A stretch of 64,000 nucleotides of DNA. Source: an uncultured bacterium. GTDB lineage: Bacteria; Zhuqueibacterota; QNDG01; DTFT01. Below the pieces are notes generated by a model that was given only the letters and a program-made list of their open reading frames with translations, made no database searches and was not told the origin of the DNA. The stretch spans positions 42,347 to 106,346 of the forward strand of contig CAVTNR010000030.1 of NCBI GenBank assembly GCA_963736115.1, in the 5' to 3' direction. Positions within the stretch are counted from its first letter, which is position 1, and the number at the start of each line of letters is the position of its first letter. This document shows positions 39,360 through 49,969 of the stretch, piece by piece. A program made the translations under genes and the position numbers.

Positions 39360-41414
39360 ATGAAAAACCGCTCCCTCCTGTCCCTGCCCGCGCTCCTGAT
39401 CGCGCTGACCGGACTGGCAGGAAGCTTTCCGTCCGCTGGTCAGAGCAAACCCCAGGATCTCACGGCGCTGAGTCTCGAGGAACTGATGAACGTCGAGGTC
39501 CTGACGGCCACGCGCAAGCCGGGCGTGCTGTCCGAGATTCCGGCCGCGATCGACGTGATGACGGCTGAAGACATACGCCGCTCCGGCGCGATGAACATTC
39601 CGGACGCCCTGCGCGGCGTTCCGGGCATGGAAGTGGCCCGCGTGGACGCGAACAAATGGGCGGTGTCGGCCCGCGGGTTCAACGGCATTTACTCGAACAA
39701 ACTGCTCGTCCTGCTCGACGGACGGAGCCTGTATTCCCCGATTTTCTCCGGCGTTTTCTGGGAGTCGCACGATCTTCTCATGGAGGACGTCAGCCGCATC
39801 GAAGTCATACGCGGCCCGGGCGCCACGCTGTGGGGCGCCGGCGCCATGAACGGAATCGTCAACATCGTCAGCCGCGACGCGGGCAGTACGCCGGGCCTTT
39901 ATCTGGACGCGGGCGGCGGCACGGAGGAATTGCGGTGGTTCAGCGGCCGGTTCGGCGGTTTCGCCGGAAAGCGCGCGGCCTACCGGGTCTATGCGAGGCA
40001 CTCGGCCCGGGGCGGGTTTGAAAACGCGGAAGGCGGCGAGGGCCGGGACGACTGGCGCGGCACGAACGCGGGATTCCGCGTGGACGCGTCCCCGGCCGGG
40101 CGCGACCATGTGACCGTGCAGGCCGAAGTGAACTGGGGCAATGTCGGGCAGGAGGGCGCTCCGACTCTGGTGCCGGGGTTCGTACTGAACTTTCCGGATT
40201 ACCGCACCCGAACGCAGTCGCAGTACGGCCTGGTGCGATGGCAGAGAACGGTTTCGGACCGCAGTGACTTCGCCCTCCGGGTTTCTGTGGACCGGACGCA
40301 GAGGCGCGACACCCTGATCATCGGGGGCCGCTACACCACGCTGGACATGGACGGCCAGCATCATTTCCGCATCGGCCGTCATGACGCGGTCTGGGGTTTC
40401 GGTTTCCGCGTCACACGGAACCGGATGGACGCCGACCTGATGGCGGCCATGAATCCGCGGAACCGCACCTTCCAGACCTCCAGCGCGTTCATTCAAGACG
40501 AGATCGACCTGGTGAGGCGCCGCCTTCGGCTGACCGCCGGCACCAAGGTGGAGCACAATGATTTCACCGGTTTCGAGGTGCAGCCCAATGCGCGGCTGAT
40601 GTGGATGCCTTTGGACCGCCATTCCTTCTGGGCCGCGGCGTCGCGTGCGGTCCGTCTGCCGGATCCGGCGGACTACGATATGTCCATTCACTACGACATG
40701 CCGATGCTGCGCATGACCATCAACGGCAATCCGGACCTGGCGCCCGAGGAATTGACGGCCTTTGAATGCGGATGGCAGGTCCGACCGGCCACCGGATTCA
40801 AAGCCGGGGTCAATGCCTATCACAACCTGTATCGGAACGTGCACGCCTACAATATCGGCGAAATCCGGGTGATCGAAAACCCGGTCGCAGTGGAGATCCC
40901 CTTTTATCTGGATAATGCCATGAGCGGAACCGTGACCGGAGCGGAATTCAGCGCGGAAGGCCGCATCGGAACCGTTTTCCGATGCCGGATGTCCGTGTCC
41001 TGCCTCGACATGCGGCTCGATCCGAGCCGGGACATGCTCGGCCGGTTCAGGTATTTTCAGGAGACCCTCAGCCTGGACAAGGACATCGTGGATGCCTGGC
41101 TGAAGAGCAAGGAAGGGAAGAGTCCGGACTGGATGGCGTCCCTGCGGTGTTCGTGGAATCCCTCGCGGAGCGTGGATGTGGATGTCATGGCCCGGGTCGT
41201 GGATGAACTGCCCGGAATGGCGATTCCGGGATACACCGGCGTCGACGTCCGGGTGGCGTACCGTCCCGCCGGATTCCTGGAGCTGTACGTGACCGGGCAG
41301 AATCTCGTGCGCAGAACGCACCGGGAATTCGACGAGTCGCCCGCGGCATTCGGGGCCACGGCCGTGGAGCGCGGGGTGTACGGCGGCGCGAGCTTCCGCC
41401 TGGTGCCGAGGTGA
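39360..41414 (+). CDS. TonB-dependent receptor, paralog 1
   Basis: LSLEELMNVEV, plug motifs RGF..NKLLVLLDGRS and RIEVIRGPGATLWG, GQNL; start could also be 39339. Confidence 0.92.
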   Translation: MKNRSLLSLPALLIALTGLAGSFPSAGQSKPQDLTALSLEELMNVEVLTATRKPGVLSEIPAAIDVMTAEDIRRSGAMNIPDALRGVPGMEVARVDANKWAVSARGFNGIYSNKLLVLLDGRSLYSPIFSGVFWESHDLLMEDVSRIEVIRGPGATLWGAGAMNGIVNIVSRDAGSTPGLYLDAGGGTEELRWFSGRFGGFAGKRAAYRVYARHSARGGFENAEGGEGRDDWRGTNAGFRVDASPAGRDHVTVQAEVNWGNVGQEGAPTLVPGFVLNFPDYRTRTQSQYGLVRWQRTVSDRSDFALRVSVDRTQRRDTLIIGGRYTTLDMDGQHHFRIGRHDAVWGFGFRVTRNRMDADLMAAMNPRNRTFQTSSAFIQDEIDLVRRRLRLTAGTKVEHNDFTGFEVQPNARLMWMPLDRHSFWAAASRAVRLPDPADYDMSIHYDMPMLRMTINGNPDLAPEELTAFECGWQVRPATGFKAGVNAYHNLYRNVHAYNIGEIRVIENPVAVEIPFYLDNAMSGTVTGAEFSAEGRIGTVFRCRMSVSCLDMRLDPSRDMLGRFRYFQETLSLDKDIVDAWLKSKEGKSPDWMASLRCSWNPSRSVDVDVMARVVDELPGMAIPGYTGVDVRVAYRPAGFLELYVTGQNLVRRTHREFDESPAAFGATAVERGVYGGASFRLVPR

Positions 41415-41481
41415 TGGGTCTACGGGTCTGTTTTCGTCGCGTTCTTTGAAGCAGTTCTTCGAAGTGAAAAATTCCTCACAC

Positions 41482-43545
41482 ATGGTTTTTATGACGACTG
41501 ATCGTTTGAAAATATTCCGTATTTCCGCGGTCGGGCTCGGACTGGCCCTGGCTTTTTCCGCGACCGCGGCCGGACAGACCGGAGGCCGCGACCTCACGGA
41601 TCTGAGCCTCGAAGAACTGATGGCCGTGCGCGTTTCCCTGGCCACGCGCAAGCCCGGCCGGCTGTCCGAAATCGCGGCGGCCGTGGATGTGGTGACCGCG
41701 GATGATATGCGCCGGACCGGAGCTGAAAACGTCCCGGACGCGCTCCGGCAGGTGCCGGGCATGGAAGTGGGACGGCTGGACGCGAGCAAATGGGCATTGT
41801 CGAGCCGAGGATTCAACGGCTTGTATTCGAACAAGGTGCTGGTTCTGCTCGACGGCATGAGCCTGTATTCGCCGGTCTTTTCGGGCGTGCTCTGGGAGTC
41901 CATGGACCTCGCTCCCGACGAAGTGAGCCGCATCGAAGTCATCCGCGGACCGGGCGCCACGCTCTGGGGCGCGGGCGCCATGAACGGCGTGATCAGCATC
42001 GCCACGCGGGAGGCGTCCGAAACCCAGGGCCTTTCTCTCGGCGCGGGAACGGGCACGGAGCAGAGAGCCGTGCTGTCCGGCCGCTGGGGCGGAGCGATCG
42101 GTCAAAACGCATTCTACCGGGTGTACGGAAGGGCGATCCGGCACGACGGATTCATCAATTCGGCCGGTGCGCCCGCGGGCGACCATTGGAAACGGCGGAC
42201 CGGGGGATTCCGCGCGGACTGGAAAGCCTCGCGGAAGAACAGCCTGACCCTGCAGGGCGAAGTGAGCGATGCGGACATCGGCCAGGAGGGGAATCCGACT
42301 CTGGTGCCGGGCATCCCCATCGAGGGACCGGACTACCGGATCGGCACGCAGGCCGGGTATGTGTCCGGCCGCTGGCGCCGCGTCTTCTCGCCCAAATCGG
42401 ATTTCGATCTGAGGGTTTCGTTCAACGGAACCCGCAGGAAGGACCCCTTTTTCTTCGGAGGGCATTCCCGGACTTTGGACGTGGACGCCCAGCATCATGT
42501 GCGCATGGCCGGCAGGCACGACATCGTGTGGGGCGCCGGATTCCGCCAGACTTTCCACCGAATCCAGGCTGAACGCATCATGACCATGGATCCCGCGTCC
42601 CGGACCTTCCGGACGGTCAGCGCTTTTATTCAGGACGACATTGATCTTGTGCTCCGGAGGCTCAGGTTGACCGCGGGCTCGAAGTTCGAGGACAACAGCC
42701 TGACGGGTTTCGAGATTCAGCCCAATGTGCGGCTCGCCTGGATGCCGTCGTCCAGGCACACGTTCTGGACGGCCGTGTCGCGCGCGGTACGGCTTCCGGA
42801 CCCGTCCGACTTCGACCTGAAAATTCTGTACGACATTCCGCCCGTGCGTTTCCGGATGGACGGCAACGCGGCACTTCAGCCGGAGGAACTCACCGCGTTC
42901 GAGTGCGGATGGAAAACAACGCCGTCGGTGAGGTTCCACGCGGAGGTGAGCGGATTCATCAACCGATACGGGTCCCTTCAGAATTACAGCCTCGGCGAAA
43001 TCCGGGTCCTCCAGAATCCGCTGGTTCTCGAGATCCCGTTCACCCTGGACAATGTGATGACCGGCACCGTGAAAGGCGTGGAATGCGTCGCGGACGCGGG
43101 CCTGCGGCGGAACCTGCGGATACGGGCTTCGGCCGCGTTTCTGTCGGTGCGTCAGCGCTGGTCCGACGAGGTGATCCGCAGGGCCGAGGAAATCGGCCGC
43201 ACGCTGGGCCTGGAAAGCGGAATGGTGCGCGAATTCGTCGGCAATGAAAACGGGAAAAGCCCGGAGTGGACCGGATCCGTGCGTCTATCCTGGAACCCGG
43301 CTCAATCCGTGGATGCGGACCTGATGGCGCGCTATGTGGACGATCTGCCGCAGATGGCGGTGCCGGGTTACACCGGGTTGGACGCGAGGCTCGCCTGGCG
43401 GCCGAATGGTTTCTGCGAAGTGTTCGTGCTCGGCAAGAACCTGGCCGGCCGGAAACATCTGGAATTCGATGAAACGCCCGCGTCTTTCGGCACCACGAAC
43501 GTGGAACGTGCGGTGTACGGCGGGCTGAACGTCAGGCTGCGGTAA
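41482..43545 (+). CDS. TonB-dependent receptor, paralog 2
   Basis: Same plug motifs; colinear with paralog 1. Confidence 0.92.
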   Translation: MVFMTTDRLKIFRISAVGLGLALAFSATAAGQTGGRDLTDLSLEELMAVRVSLATRKPGRLSEIAAAVDVVTADDMRRTGAENVPDALRQVPGMEVGRLDASKWALSSRGFNGLYSNKVLVLLDGMSLYSPVFSGVLWESMDLAPDEVSRIEVIRGPGATLWGAGAMNGVISIATREASETQGLSLGAGTGTEQRAVLSGRWGGAIGQNAFYRVYGRAIRHDGFINSAGAPAGDHWKRRTGGFRADWKASRKNSLTLQGEVSDADIGQEGNPTLVPGIPIEGPDYRIGTQAGYVSGRWRRVFSPKSDFDLRVSFNGTRRKDPFFFGGHSRTLDVDAQHHVRMAGRHDIVWGAGFRQTFHRIQAERIMTMDPASRTFRTVSAFIQDDIDLVLRRLRLTAGSKFEDNSLTGFEIQPNVRLAWMPSSRHTFWTAVSRAVRLPDPSDFDLKILYDIPPVRFRMDGNAALQPEELTAFECGWKTTPSVRFHAEVSGFINRYGSLQNYSLGEIRVLQNPLVLEIPFTLDNVMTGTVKGVECVADAGLRRNLRIRASAAFLSVRQRWSDEVIRRAEEIGRTLGLESGMVREFVGNENGKSPEWTGSVRLSWNPAQSVDADLMARYVDDLPQMAVPGYTGLDARLAWRPNGFCEVFVLGKNLAGRKHLEFDETPASFGTTNVERAVYGGLNVRLR

Positions 43546-43653
43546 AAAAAGGTTCCGGGTTTCGAGTTTCGAGTTGAAAAACGTTTGAACTTTCAAACGT
43601 TCGAATGTGTTCACGCTCAAACGCGTTAAAAATCCCTAATAAGGAGCGGGGTT

Positions 43654-45597
43654 TTGCGGATCATCGCAGAATATAAAAATCTGATTCTCGCGGCTGCGAT
43701 CGCGGCCGCAACGATCCTATCATCCGCGGCCATGGCCCAGGATCAGCCCCGGGATCTCACGGAGATGGATCTCGAGGAGCTGATGGCCATCGACATCACT
43801 CTGGCCTCGCGCAGGGCGGAGACCATGCTCGAAACGGCCGCGGCCGTCGAAGTGATAACGGCTGACGACCTGCACCGGTCCGGCGCGACCACGATCGCGG
43901 AAGCCCTCCGCCTGGTGCCGGGCCTGGTCGTGGCGCGGGTCGATGCCAACAAATGGGCCATCAACTCCCGAGGGTTCAACAATCTGTTCGCCAACAAACT
44001 GCTCGTCATGGTCGACGGCAGAAGCGCCTATTCGCCGATATTTTCCGGCACTTTCTGGGAGGCCCAGGACTGCCTGCTCGAGGACATAGACCGCATCGAA
44101 GTGATACGGGGCCCGGGAGCGGCCCTGTGGGGCGCGAACGCGGTCAACGGCATCATCCACATCATCACGCGCAAGGCGGATGAAACGACCGGCCTGATGG
44201 TGCGGCTGGACAAGGGCACTCTCGAGAAATCCGGTATCGGCATCCGGGCGGGGTTCCGTCCGGCGAAGGCCGTCTCGGCCCGGGTCTGGGGCAAGTCCTT
44301 CGACCGGAACCCGTTTCAATACCGGTCCATCGATCCGTCCGCGGGCCGGTGGATCGACGCGGCCGACGGGTGGAACGTGAACCGGGGCGGATTCCGCGTC
44401 GATGCGGCTGTCGGCAGGGGATACGACGTCACGGTGCAGGGCCAGATGTACCGGGGGGACGTCGGCCAGACCCTGACCATCCCTCGCATCCGGTTCAGGC
44501 TCCTGGACTACGAGACCGGCATCAACGGCGGCAACCTGCAGGGCCGTTTCCACCGCATGCTCTCTCCGACCTCGGACATGACGCTTCAGATCACGTATGA
44601 CCGGGTCAAGCGCACGGAAAACGTCATTCTGGGCGGCGGGTACCACATGACGGATGTGGATTTTCAGCACCGGCTTTCCGCGGGGAAGCGGCATACGGTC
44701 GTGTGGGGCGCCGGTTACCGGGTCACGAGCGACCGCATCGACACCACCCAGCTCATCGCATTCAGGCCGCCGGCGCGAACGTTCGACATGTGGAGCGCGT
44801 TCGCGCAGGATGAGATCGGCCTGGCATCAGACCGTATCCGGCTGACCGTCGGCTCCAAGTTCGAGCGCAATGATTTCACGGGATTCGAATTCCAGCCGAA
44901 CGTGCGCATGCTGTTCCGGCTCGGGCCGTCGCAGACCGCCTGGTGGGCGGTGTCGCGCGCGGTGCGCACGCCGTCGCGCGCGGACGAGGACATCCGGGTG
45001 CCCATGGTGGGCATGACCGGGAACCACGCCTACGGCTCGGAGCATGTAACCGCGTATGAGGCCGGGTTTCACAGGCATCTCGCGGACCGGTGGATGATCG
45101 ATGCGGCCGTTTTCTTCAACCGCTTCGGCGATTTGCAGTCCTTCGAGAAAGATTCGGTCGCCAACAACCGGGCCGCGGAAACCTACGGCACGGAACTGTC
45201 GGTGAAGTGGCGGCCCCTGCGCCGGTGGCAGTGGCGGGCCGGTTATTCCTGGCTCCATGTCAATGAATGGCGCACGGCCGGAAGCGTCGACGTTCAGGCC
45301 GGCAAGGACGACTGCCCGGAGCACCAGGGTTTTCTGCGCACATCGATCGATCTGCCGGCCCGTGTCCAGATCGACGTCATGGCCAGGGCCGTGGGCCGCC
45401 TGCCCAGCCTGGAGATTCCGGCTTACCAGGCCGTGGATGCCAGAATCGGATGGAAGCCGGACCGCCGCGTCGAACTCTCGGTCACCGGGCAGAACCTCAA
45501 CATCCGGCGGCACGTGGAATTCCGCGGCTGGTGGATCCCGTTCGAGGAAACCTATGTTCCGAGAAGCGTGTACGGGACTGTGACGGTCTCCTTGTAA
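43654..45597 (+). CDS. TonB-dependent receptor, paralog 3
   Basis: Same plug motifs, shorter loops; AAGGAG RBS before TTG. Confidence 0.92.
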   Translation: MRIIAEYKNLILAAAIAAATILSSAAMAQDQPRDLTEMDLEELMAIDITLASRRAETMLETAAAVEVITADDLHRSGATTIAEALRLVPGLVVARVDANKWAINSRGFNNLFANKLLVMVDGRSAYSPIFSGTFWEAQDCLLEDIDRIEVIRGPGAALWGANAVNGIIHIITRKADETTGLMVRLDKGTLEKSGIGIRAGFRPAKAVSARVWGKSFDRNPFQYRSIDPSAGRWIDAADGWNVNRGGFRVDAAVGRGYDVTVQGQMYRGDVGQTLTIPRIRFRLLDYETGINGGNLQGRFHRMLSPTSDMTLQITYDRVKRTENVILGGGYHMTDVDFQHRLSAGKRHTVVWGAGYRVTSDRIDTTQLIAFRPPARTFDMWSAFAQDEIGLASDRIRLTVGSKFERNDFTGFEFQPNVRMLFRLGPSQTAWWAVSRAVRTPSRADEDIRVPMVGMTGNHAYGSEHVTAYEAGFHRHLADRWMIDAAVFFNRFGDLQSFEKDSVANNRAAETYGTELSVKWRPLRRWQWRAGYSWLHVNEWRTAGSVDVQAGKDDCPEHQGFLRTSIDLPARVQIDVMARAVGRLPSLEIPAYQAVDARIGWKPDRRVELSVTGQNLNIRRHVEFRGWWIPFEETYVPRSVYGTVTVSL

Positions 45598-45634
45598 GTT
45601 CAAAGTTCAAGGTTCAAAGTTCAAAGAAAAAGTT

Positions 45635-45770
45635 GTAGGTCCGAAATGGCACGCTTCTCTTCGCGTGCCTTTCGGACTTTATCTCCTTTAAAAAAAATGT
45701 CCGATAGCCTCGTCCCGCAAAGCTTGCCCCGGACTTGATCCGGGGGCGGGACTCGGCATATCGGACCTAC
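45635..45770 (+). repeat. GTAG-type REP doublet, copy D, with nested palindrome
   Basis: Four conserved blocks; contains CCCCGGACTTGATCCGGGG; preceded by AGTTCAA heptamers at 45597-45625. Confidence 0.85.
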
Positions 45771-45817
45771 AACAGGCATCCTCGGGCATCCGCCCGCGTT
45801 TTTTATCCGCAAACCAC

Positions 45818-45846
45818 TTGCACTTTACCCTACCACGCAGTAAATT
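45818..45846 (+). promoter_or_regulatory. Putative sigma70 promoter for the GT2 operon
   Basis: TTGCAC-N17-TAAATT. Confidence 0.45.
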
Positions 45847-45924
45847 AAACCAATCCCACCGAAGCATGCGGATAACGACCGTCACAGCGAACGAGATTGT
45901 CCCGAAACAAAGGGCCGGAACGCC

Positions 45925-46857
45925 ATGCAGAAAAAACCAGAAATCAGCGTCGTGATACCCGTGTACGGCTGTTCCGCTTGCCTGGGCGAATTAACCACGC
46001 GTATCCGAGACAGTCTCAAGACGGTCACGAACCGCTTCGAAATCATACTGGTCAATGACGCGAGCCCGGATGATTCATGGAATGCGATCAAAGCCCTATG
46101 CAAAAAAGACAAGCGGGTGATAGGCGTGAGTCTGTCCAGAAATTTCGGCCAGCATCATGCGATCACCGCGGGCCTGGACCTGTGCAAGGGAGAATGGGCC
46201 GTTGTCATGGACTGCGACCTTCAGGACAGGCCTGAGGAAATCCCGAACCTGTATCAAAAAGCGCGGGAAGGGTATGACATCGTGCTCGCGAGACGGTCGT
46301 CGCGCAGGGACAATTGGATCAAGAAAACCGCTTCGAAAGCATTCTACCGCACTTTGGCTTTCCTGACCGGCTCGGAACAGGACGAGACGGTAGCCAATTT
46401 CGGAATATACAGCAATCAAGTGATACGCGAAGTGGTCCGCCTGCGCGAAAGTGTGCGGTATTTCCCCACCATGGTGAAATGGGTCGGGTTTAGAACAGCG
46501 ACGCTCGACGTGCGCCACTCGCCGCGCACGCACGGAAAAACCTCGTATAATTTCCATAAGATGCTCAAACTCAGCCAGGACATCATTCTGGCATACAGCG
46601 ACAAGCCCCTGCGCATCATTGTCACCGCGGGCGTGACTATCGCGGCACTGTCCTTCCTGCTTGGAATTTTCATCATGATCAAGTGGTTCAGGGGCGAGAT
46701 CGAGGTCATGGGCTATGCCAGCCTCATCACGAGCCTCTGGTTCCTGGCAGGCGTCATCCTCGCCACTCTGGGCATGACCGGCCTGTATATCGGAAAAATA
46801 TTCGAGACCGTCAAGAACCGGCCGCTGTACATCATCGGCGAGAGAATCAACGTTTGA
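45925..46857 (+). CDS. GT2 polyprenol-phosphate glycosyltransferase (GtrB/ArnC-like)
   Basis: SVVIPVY, VNDASPD, SRNFGQH, MDCDLQD, two C-terminal TM segments, RPLYII. Confidence 0.93.
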   Translation: MQKKPEISVVIPVYGCSACLGELTTRIRDSLKTVTNRFEIILVNDASPDDSWNAIKALCKKDKRVIGVSLSRNFGQHHAITAGLDLCKGEWAVVMDCDLQDRPEEIPNLYQKAREGYDIVLARRSSRRDNWIKKTASKAFYRTLAFLTGSEQDETVANFGIYSNQVIREVVRLRESVRYFPTMVKWVGFRTATLDVRHSPRTHGKTSYNFHKMLKLSQDIILAYSDKPLRIIVTAGVTIAALSFLLGIFIMIKWFRGEIEVMGYASLITSLWFLAGVILATLGMTGLYIGKIFETVKNRPLYIIGERINV

Positions 46858-46881
46858 ACCTTAGCGCGTTTTGAACAGGAT

Positions 46882-46925
46882 GTCGTCCTGAGGCTGGCTC
46901 CCCTGCTATGCCCCTAAAGGACCCC
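46882..46925 (+). repeat. GTC-box motif copy 1
   Basis: GTCGTCCTGAG-N9-CCTGCT-N8-AAAGGACC. Confidence 0.75.
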
Positions 46926-46966
46926 GGGGATGGTTGTTTAAAACAATGCTGCGTGAACGGAACCGC

Positions 46967-47659
46967 ATGATCCAAAAGCTCAAATGGGATTCCGAATTTT
47001 TCGGGTACCCGGTCGGTATCCTGAAAACGAAGGAATACGATCCGACGCAGCACCGGACATTTCTCCGCGAGGCGAAGGATTACAGGCTGGTTTATATGTT
47101 TCTCGACCGTCCAATTACCCGCAAGCCGAAAGGCTTCAGGCTTGTGGACAAGAAAGCCGTATTCGTCCGGAAAACGGAAAAAGTTGAAATCCCATCAGGC
47201 CCGGGCCGCATTCTCCGTTTCCGGGGTAAACCCAACAGGACCCTGATCCGCCTGGCCATGGAAAGCGGAAAACATTCGAGATATAAAACAGACCCCGGCT
47301 TCAGCAACGGCGAGTTCAGAAAACTGTACAAAAAATGGATTGAAAACAGCGTCAGCGGCGCTTCCGCGAAAGCGACATATGTTTACCGGGTCCAAGAAAA
47401 AACAGCCGGGTTCGTCACTGTGCAGGTCGAGGGCAAGACCGCAAGCATCGGCCTTATTGCCGTATCCGGAAAATTCCGCGGCAAGGGCATAGGTACGGCT
47501 TTGGTCCTTCATGCGGTCCGGAAAGCCTCTGATTTCGGGTGCAAAACCATCACGGTCGCGACCCAGCTCGACAATGACCCGGCAGTCCGGCTGTACCTGA
47601 GCAACTGCTTCCGGCTCCGGAGCGTCACAATGATCTATCATTATTGGGCCCATCGATGA
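46967..47659 (+). CDS. wecD: dTDP-fucosamine acetyltransferase-like GNAT
   Basis: LKWDSEFFG, SRYKTD, LYKKWIENS, IGLIAV...RGKGIG, VATQLDN. Confidence 0.82.
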   Translation: MIQKLKWDSEFFGYPVGILKTKEYDPTQHRTFLREAKDYRLVYMFLDRPITRKPKGFRLVDKKAVFVRKTEKVEIPSGPGRILRFRGKPNRTLIRLAMESGKHSRYKTDPGFSNGEFRKLYKKWIENSVSGASAKATYVYRVQEKTAGFVTVQVEGKTASIGLIAVSGKFRGKGIGTALVLHAVRKASDFGCKTITVATQLDNDPAVRLYLSNCFRLRSVTMIYHYWAHR

Positions 47660-48819
47660 TTCCTTTCAACAAGCCGACGCTCACGGGCGAGGAGGCCAAG
47701 TTCATCCGGCAGGCCTGCGGGTCCGGCAAGATTTCCGGCAACGGCGATTTTACGCAAAAATGCCAGCGTTTTTTCGAGGAGCGTTTCGGTTTTCAGAAAT
47801 GTCTGCTCACAAGCTCCTGCACGGACGGCCTTGAGATGTCCGCGTTGCTGTGCGGTGTTGAGCCCGGAGACGAGGTCATTATGCCCTCGTACACGTTCGT
47901 CAGCACGGCCAATGCCTTTGTGCTGAGGGGCGCGAAAATCGTTTTCTGCGACAGCCGGCCGGACCATCCCGGCATGGATGAAAACAGCCTCGACGCGCTG
48001 ATCACGCCGAAAACCAAAGTCGTCGTGCCAGTGCATTACGCCGGAGTCGCATGCGACATGGACAAAATCATGCGGCTCGCGAAAAAGCGCGGCTTGTTTG
48101 TGGTCGAGGACGCGGCCCAGGCCGTGGACAGCCTCTATGTCGGTCCGGACGGAAGGCCGAAGCCGCTCGGGTCCATCGGTCATTTCGCGGCTTTCTCCTT
48201 TCACGAGACCAAGAACCTGATTTCCGGAGAAGGCGGCATGCTCGTGGTCAATGACAGGCGGCACGAGAAGCGCGCGGAAATCATATGGGAGAAGGGCACG
48301 AACCGGGCGCAGTTCTATAGGGGCGAGGTGAACAAATACGGATGGGTGGATGTCGGGTCGTCATTTCTACCGTCCGAAATCACGGCGGCCTTTCTGTGGG
48401 CACAGACCCAGAAACTGGAAAAAATCCAGAACAGGCGGCTGGCCATATGGAACGATTACCACAAACGGCTGGAGCCCTTGTTCCGCGACGGTCTGGTGCG
48501 CGGACCCTTCATTCCCGATTATGCCACGAACAACGGCCACATGTTCTACCTGGTGTGCGATTCCCTGTCGCAGAGGGACGGCCTGATCAGCTATCTGCGA
48601 AAGAACGGCATCATGGCCATATTCCATTATCTGTCATTGCATCGTTCGCCGTATTTCAAAAAACAGTATGAAGGCGGAAGACTGAAATACGCGGATCTGT
48701 ATTCGGACCGCCTGGTCCGGCTCCCGTTTTTCTACTCCCTGAAGCCCGCTGAAGTGAAGTTCATATGCGAGAAGGTGACCGCGTTTTTCAGGGGCAGGAC
48801 AATTGACTCCGGGGTCTGA
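47656..48819 (+). CDS. wecE: dTDP-4-amino-4,6-dideoxygalactose transaminase
   Basis: MIPFNKP, PSYTFVSTANAF, EDAAQ, FSFHETKN, EKGTNR, GSSFLPSE. Confidence 0.94.
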   Translation: MIPFNKPTLTGEEAKFIRQACGSGKISGNGDFTQKCQRFFEERFGFQKCLLTSSCTDGLEMSALLCGVEPGDEVIMPSYTFVSTANAFVLRGAKIVFCDSRPDHPGMDENSLDALITPKTKVVVPVHYAGVACDMDKIMRLAKKRGLFVVEDAAQAVDSLYVGPDGRPKPLGSIGHFAAFSFHETKNLISGEGGMLVVNDRRHEKRAEIIWEKGTNRAQFYRGEVNKYGWVDVGSSFLPSEITAAFLWAQTQKLEKIQNRRLAIWNDYHKRLEPLFRDGLVRGPFIPDYATNNGHMFYLVCDSLSQRDGLISYLRKNGIMAIFHYLSLHRSPYFKKQYEGGRLKYADLYSDRLVRLPFFYSLKPAEVKFICEKVTAFFRGRTIDSGV

Positions 48820-48921
48820 TTGCGCAAGCCACGCAATGCGGGTGGACGGACTGTCCCGGACTTGATCAGGGTGACGGACGGGGTTCTCGCGAAATGACAG
48901 ATACCTTGTGCTGGTTTTAAT

Positions 48922-49770
48922 ATGATCCCCATCCCCTCCATAGCCCCCAAGCTCCGTAAAAACCGCGAAGGCATATGGACAAGCGAGGCAGACACCCGCG
49001 TGTCCTATCCGGCGGAAGGCCATGACGCCTGCTACGCGGTTGAAGAGAAGTCATTCTGGTTCAACATCGGAATCAATGCATCCTCTCCGTGATGAAAGCC
49101 TTCCCGCCGGCGGGCGCGCTTTTCGACATCGGAGGCGGAAACGGTTTCGTATCCCTGGCTCTGGAACGGGCGGGTTTCGAGACGGTTCTCGTGGAGCCCG
49201 GGCCGCAGGGCGCGAGCCACGCAAAGCGCGAGGGGCTGAAAACCGTGATCCGCGCCACAACCGAATCCGCGGGGTTCAGGCCCGCATCCCTTCCAGCTGT
49301 AGGGCTGTTCGACGTGATCGAGCATATCGCGGACGACACGGCTTTTCTGAAATCAATCGGCAACCTGATGGTCAAAGGCGGCCGCATCTACATGACAGCT
49401 CCCGCGTATCCCGTACTCTGGTCGGACGAGGACGAGGCGGCCGGGCATTTCAGGCGATACAGACTGAAGGGTCTGGAAGCAACCGCGGTCAAAGCAGGGT
49501 TTGAAATCGAGTTTTCATCCCATATTTTCCGTTTTCTCCCTATTCCAATCGTTCTTTTCCGAAGCCTGCCGTATAGGCTGGGTCTGCACGGACACGGAAA
49601 AAAGAACCTGAACCAGGCCGACGTCCAGCGCGACCATGAGGCAGGAGGAAGCATTCTGAAGAGAACAACGGAATCCCTGCTCCGTTCCGAGCCGGCCAGA
49701 ACTCGAGGCAAAAAAGCCCATGGGTTTCGGGGGTAGCTGTCTGGTGGTGGGGAGAAACACGGCAAGTTAG
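48922..49770 (+). CDS. Class I SAM-dependent methyltransferase (two apparent frameshifts)
   Basis: N-terminal VSYP..EEKSFWF in another frame, then DIGGGNG, FDVIEH, GHFRRY, and C-terminal GGSCLVV in another frame. Confidence 0.8.
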
Positions 49771-49969
49771 CAGAGAGGCGTTCCGAGTCAGAAAAACACG
49801 CTGGCTTTCAACCCGGAACTCTGAACACGGAACTCGGAACCTTTTTCCCTTCCCTCCGGTTTCCCTTGCATCCCTCCCTTTTATTCATTAACATTCAACC
49901 TCATTGGCACAGAGTTTGAACCTAATTTACCGGATAACCCGTACACCTGAAATAAAGAAGTTAGCAACC

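Noticed and set aside
43579-43628. Period-8 TTGAACGT-like repeats (also ~7845-7880 and ~46850)
   Set aside because: Too degenerate to define confidently; probably related to the heptamer phenomenon
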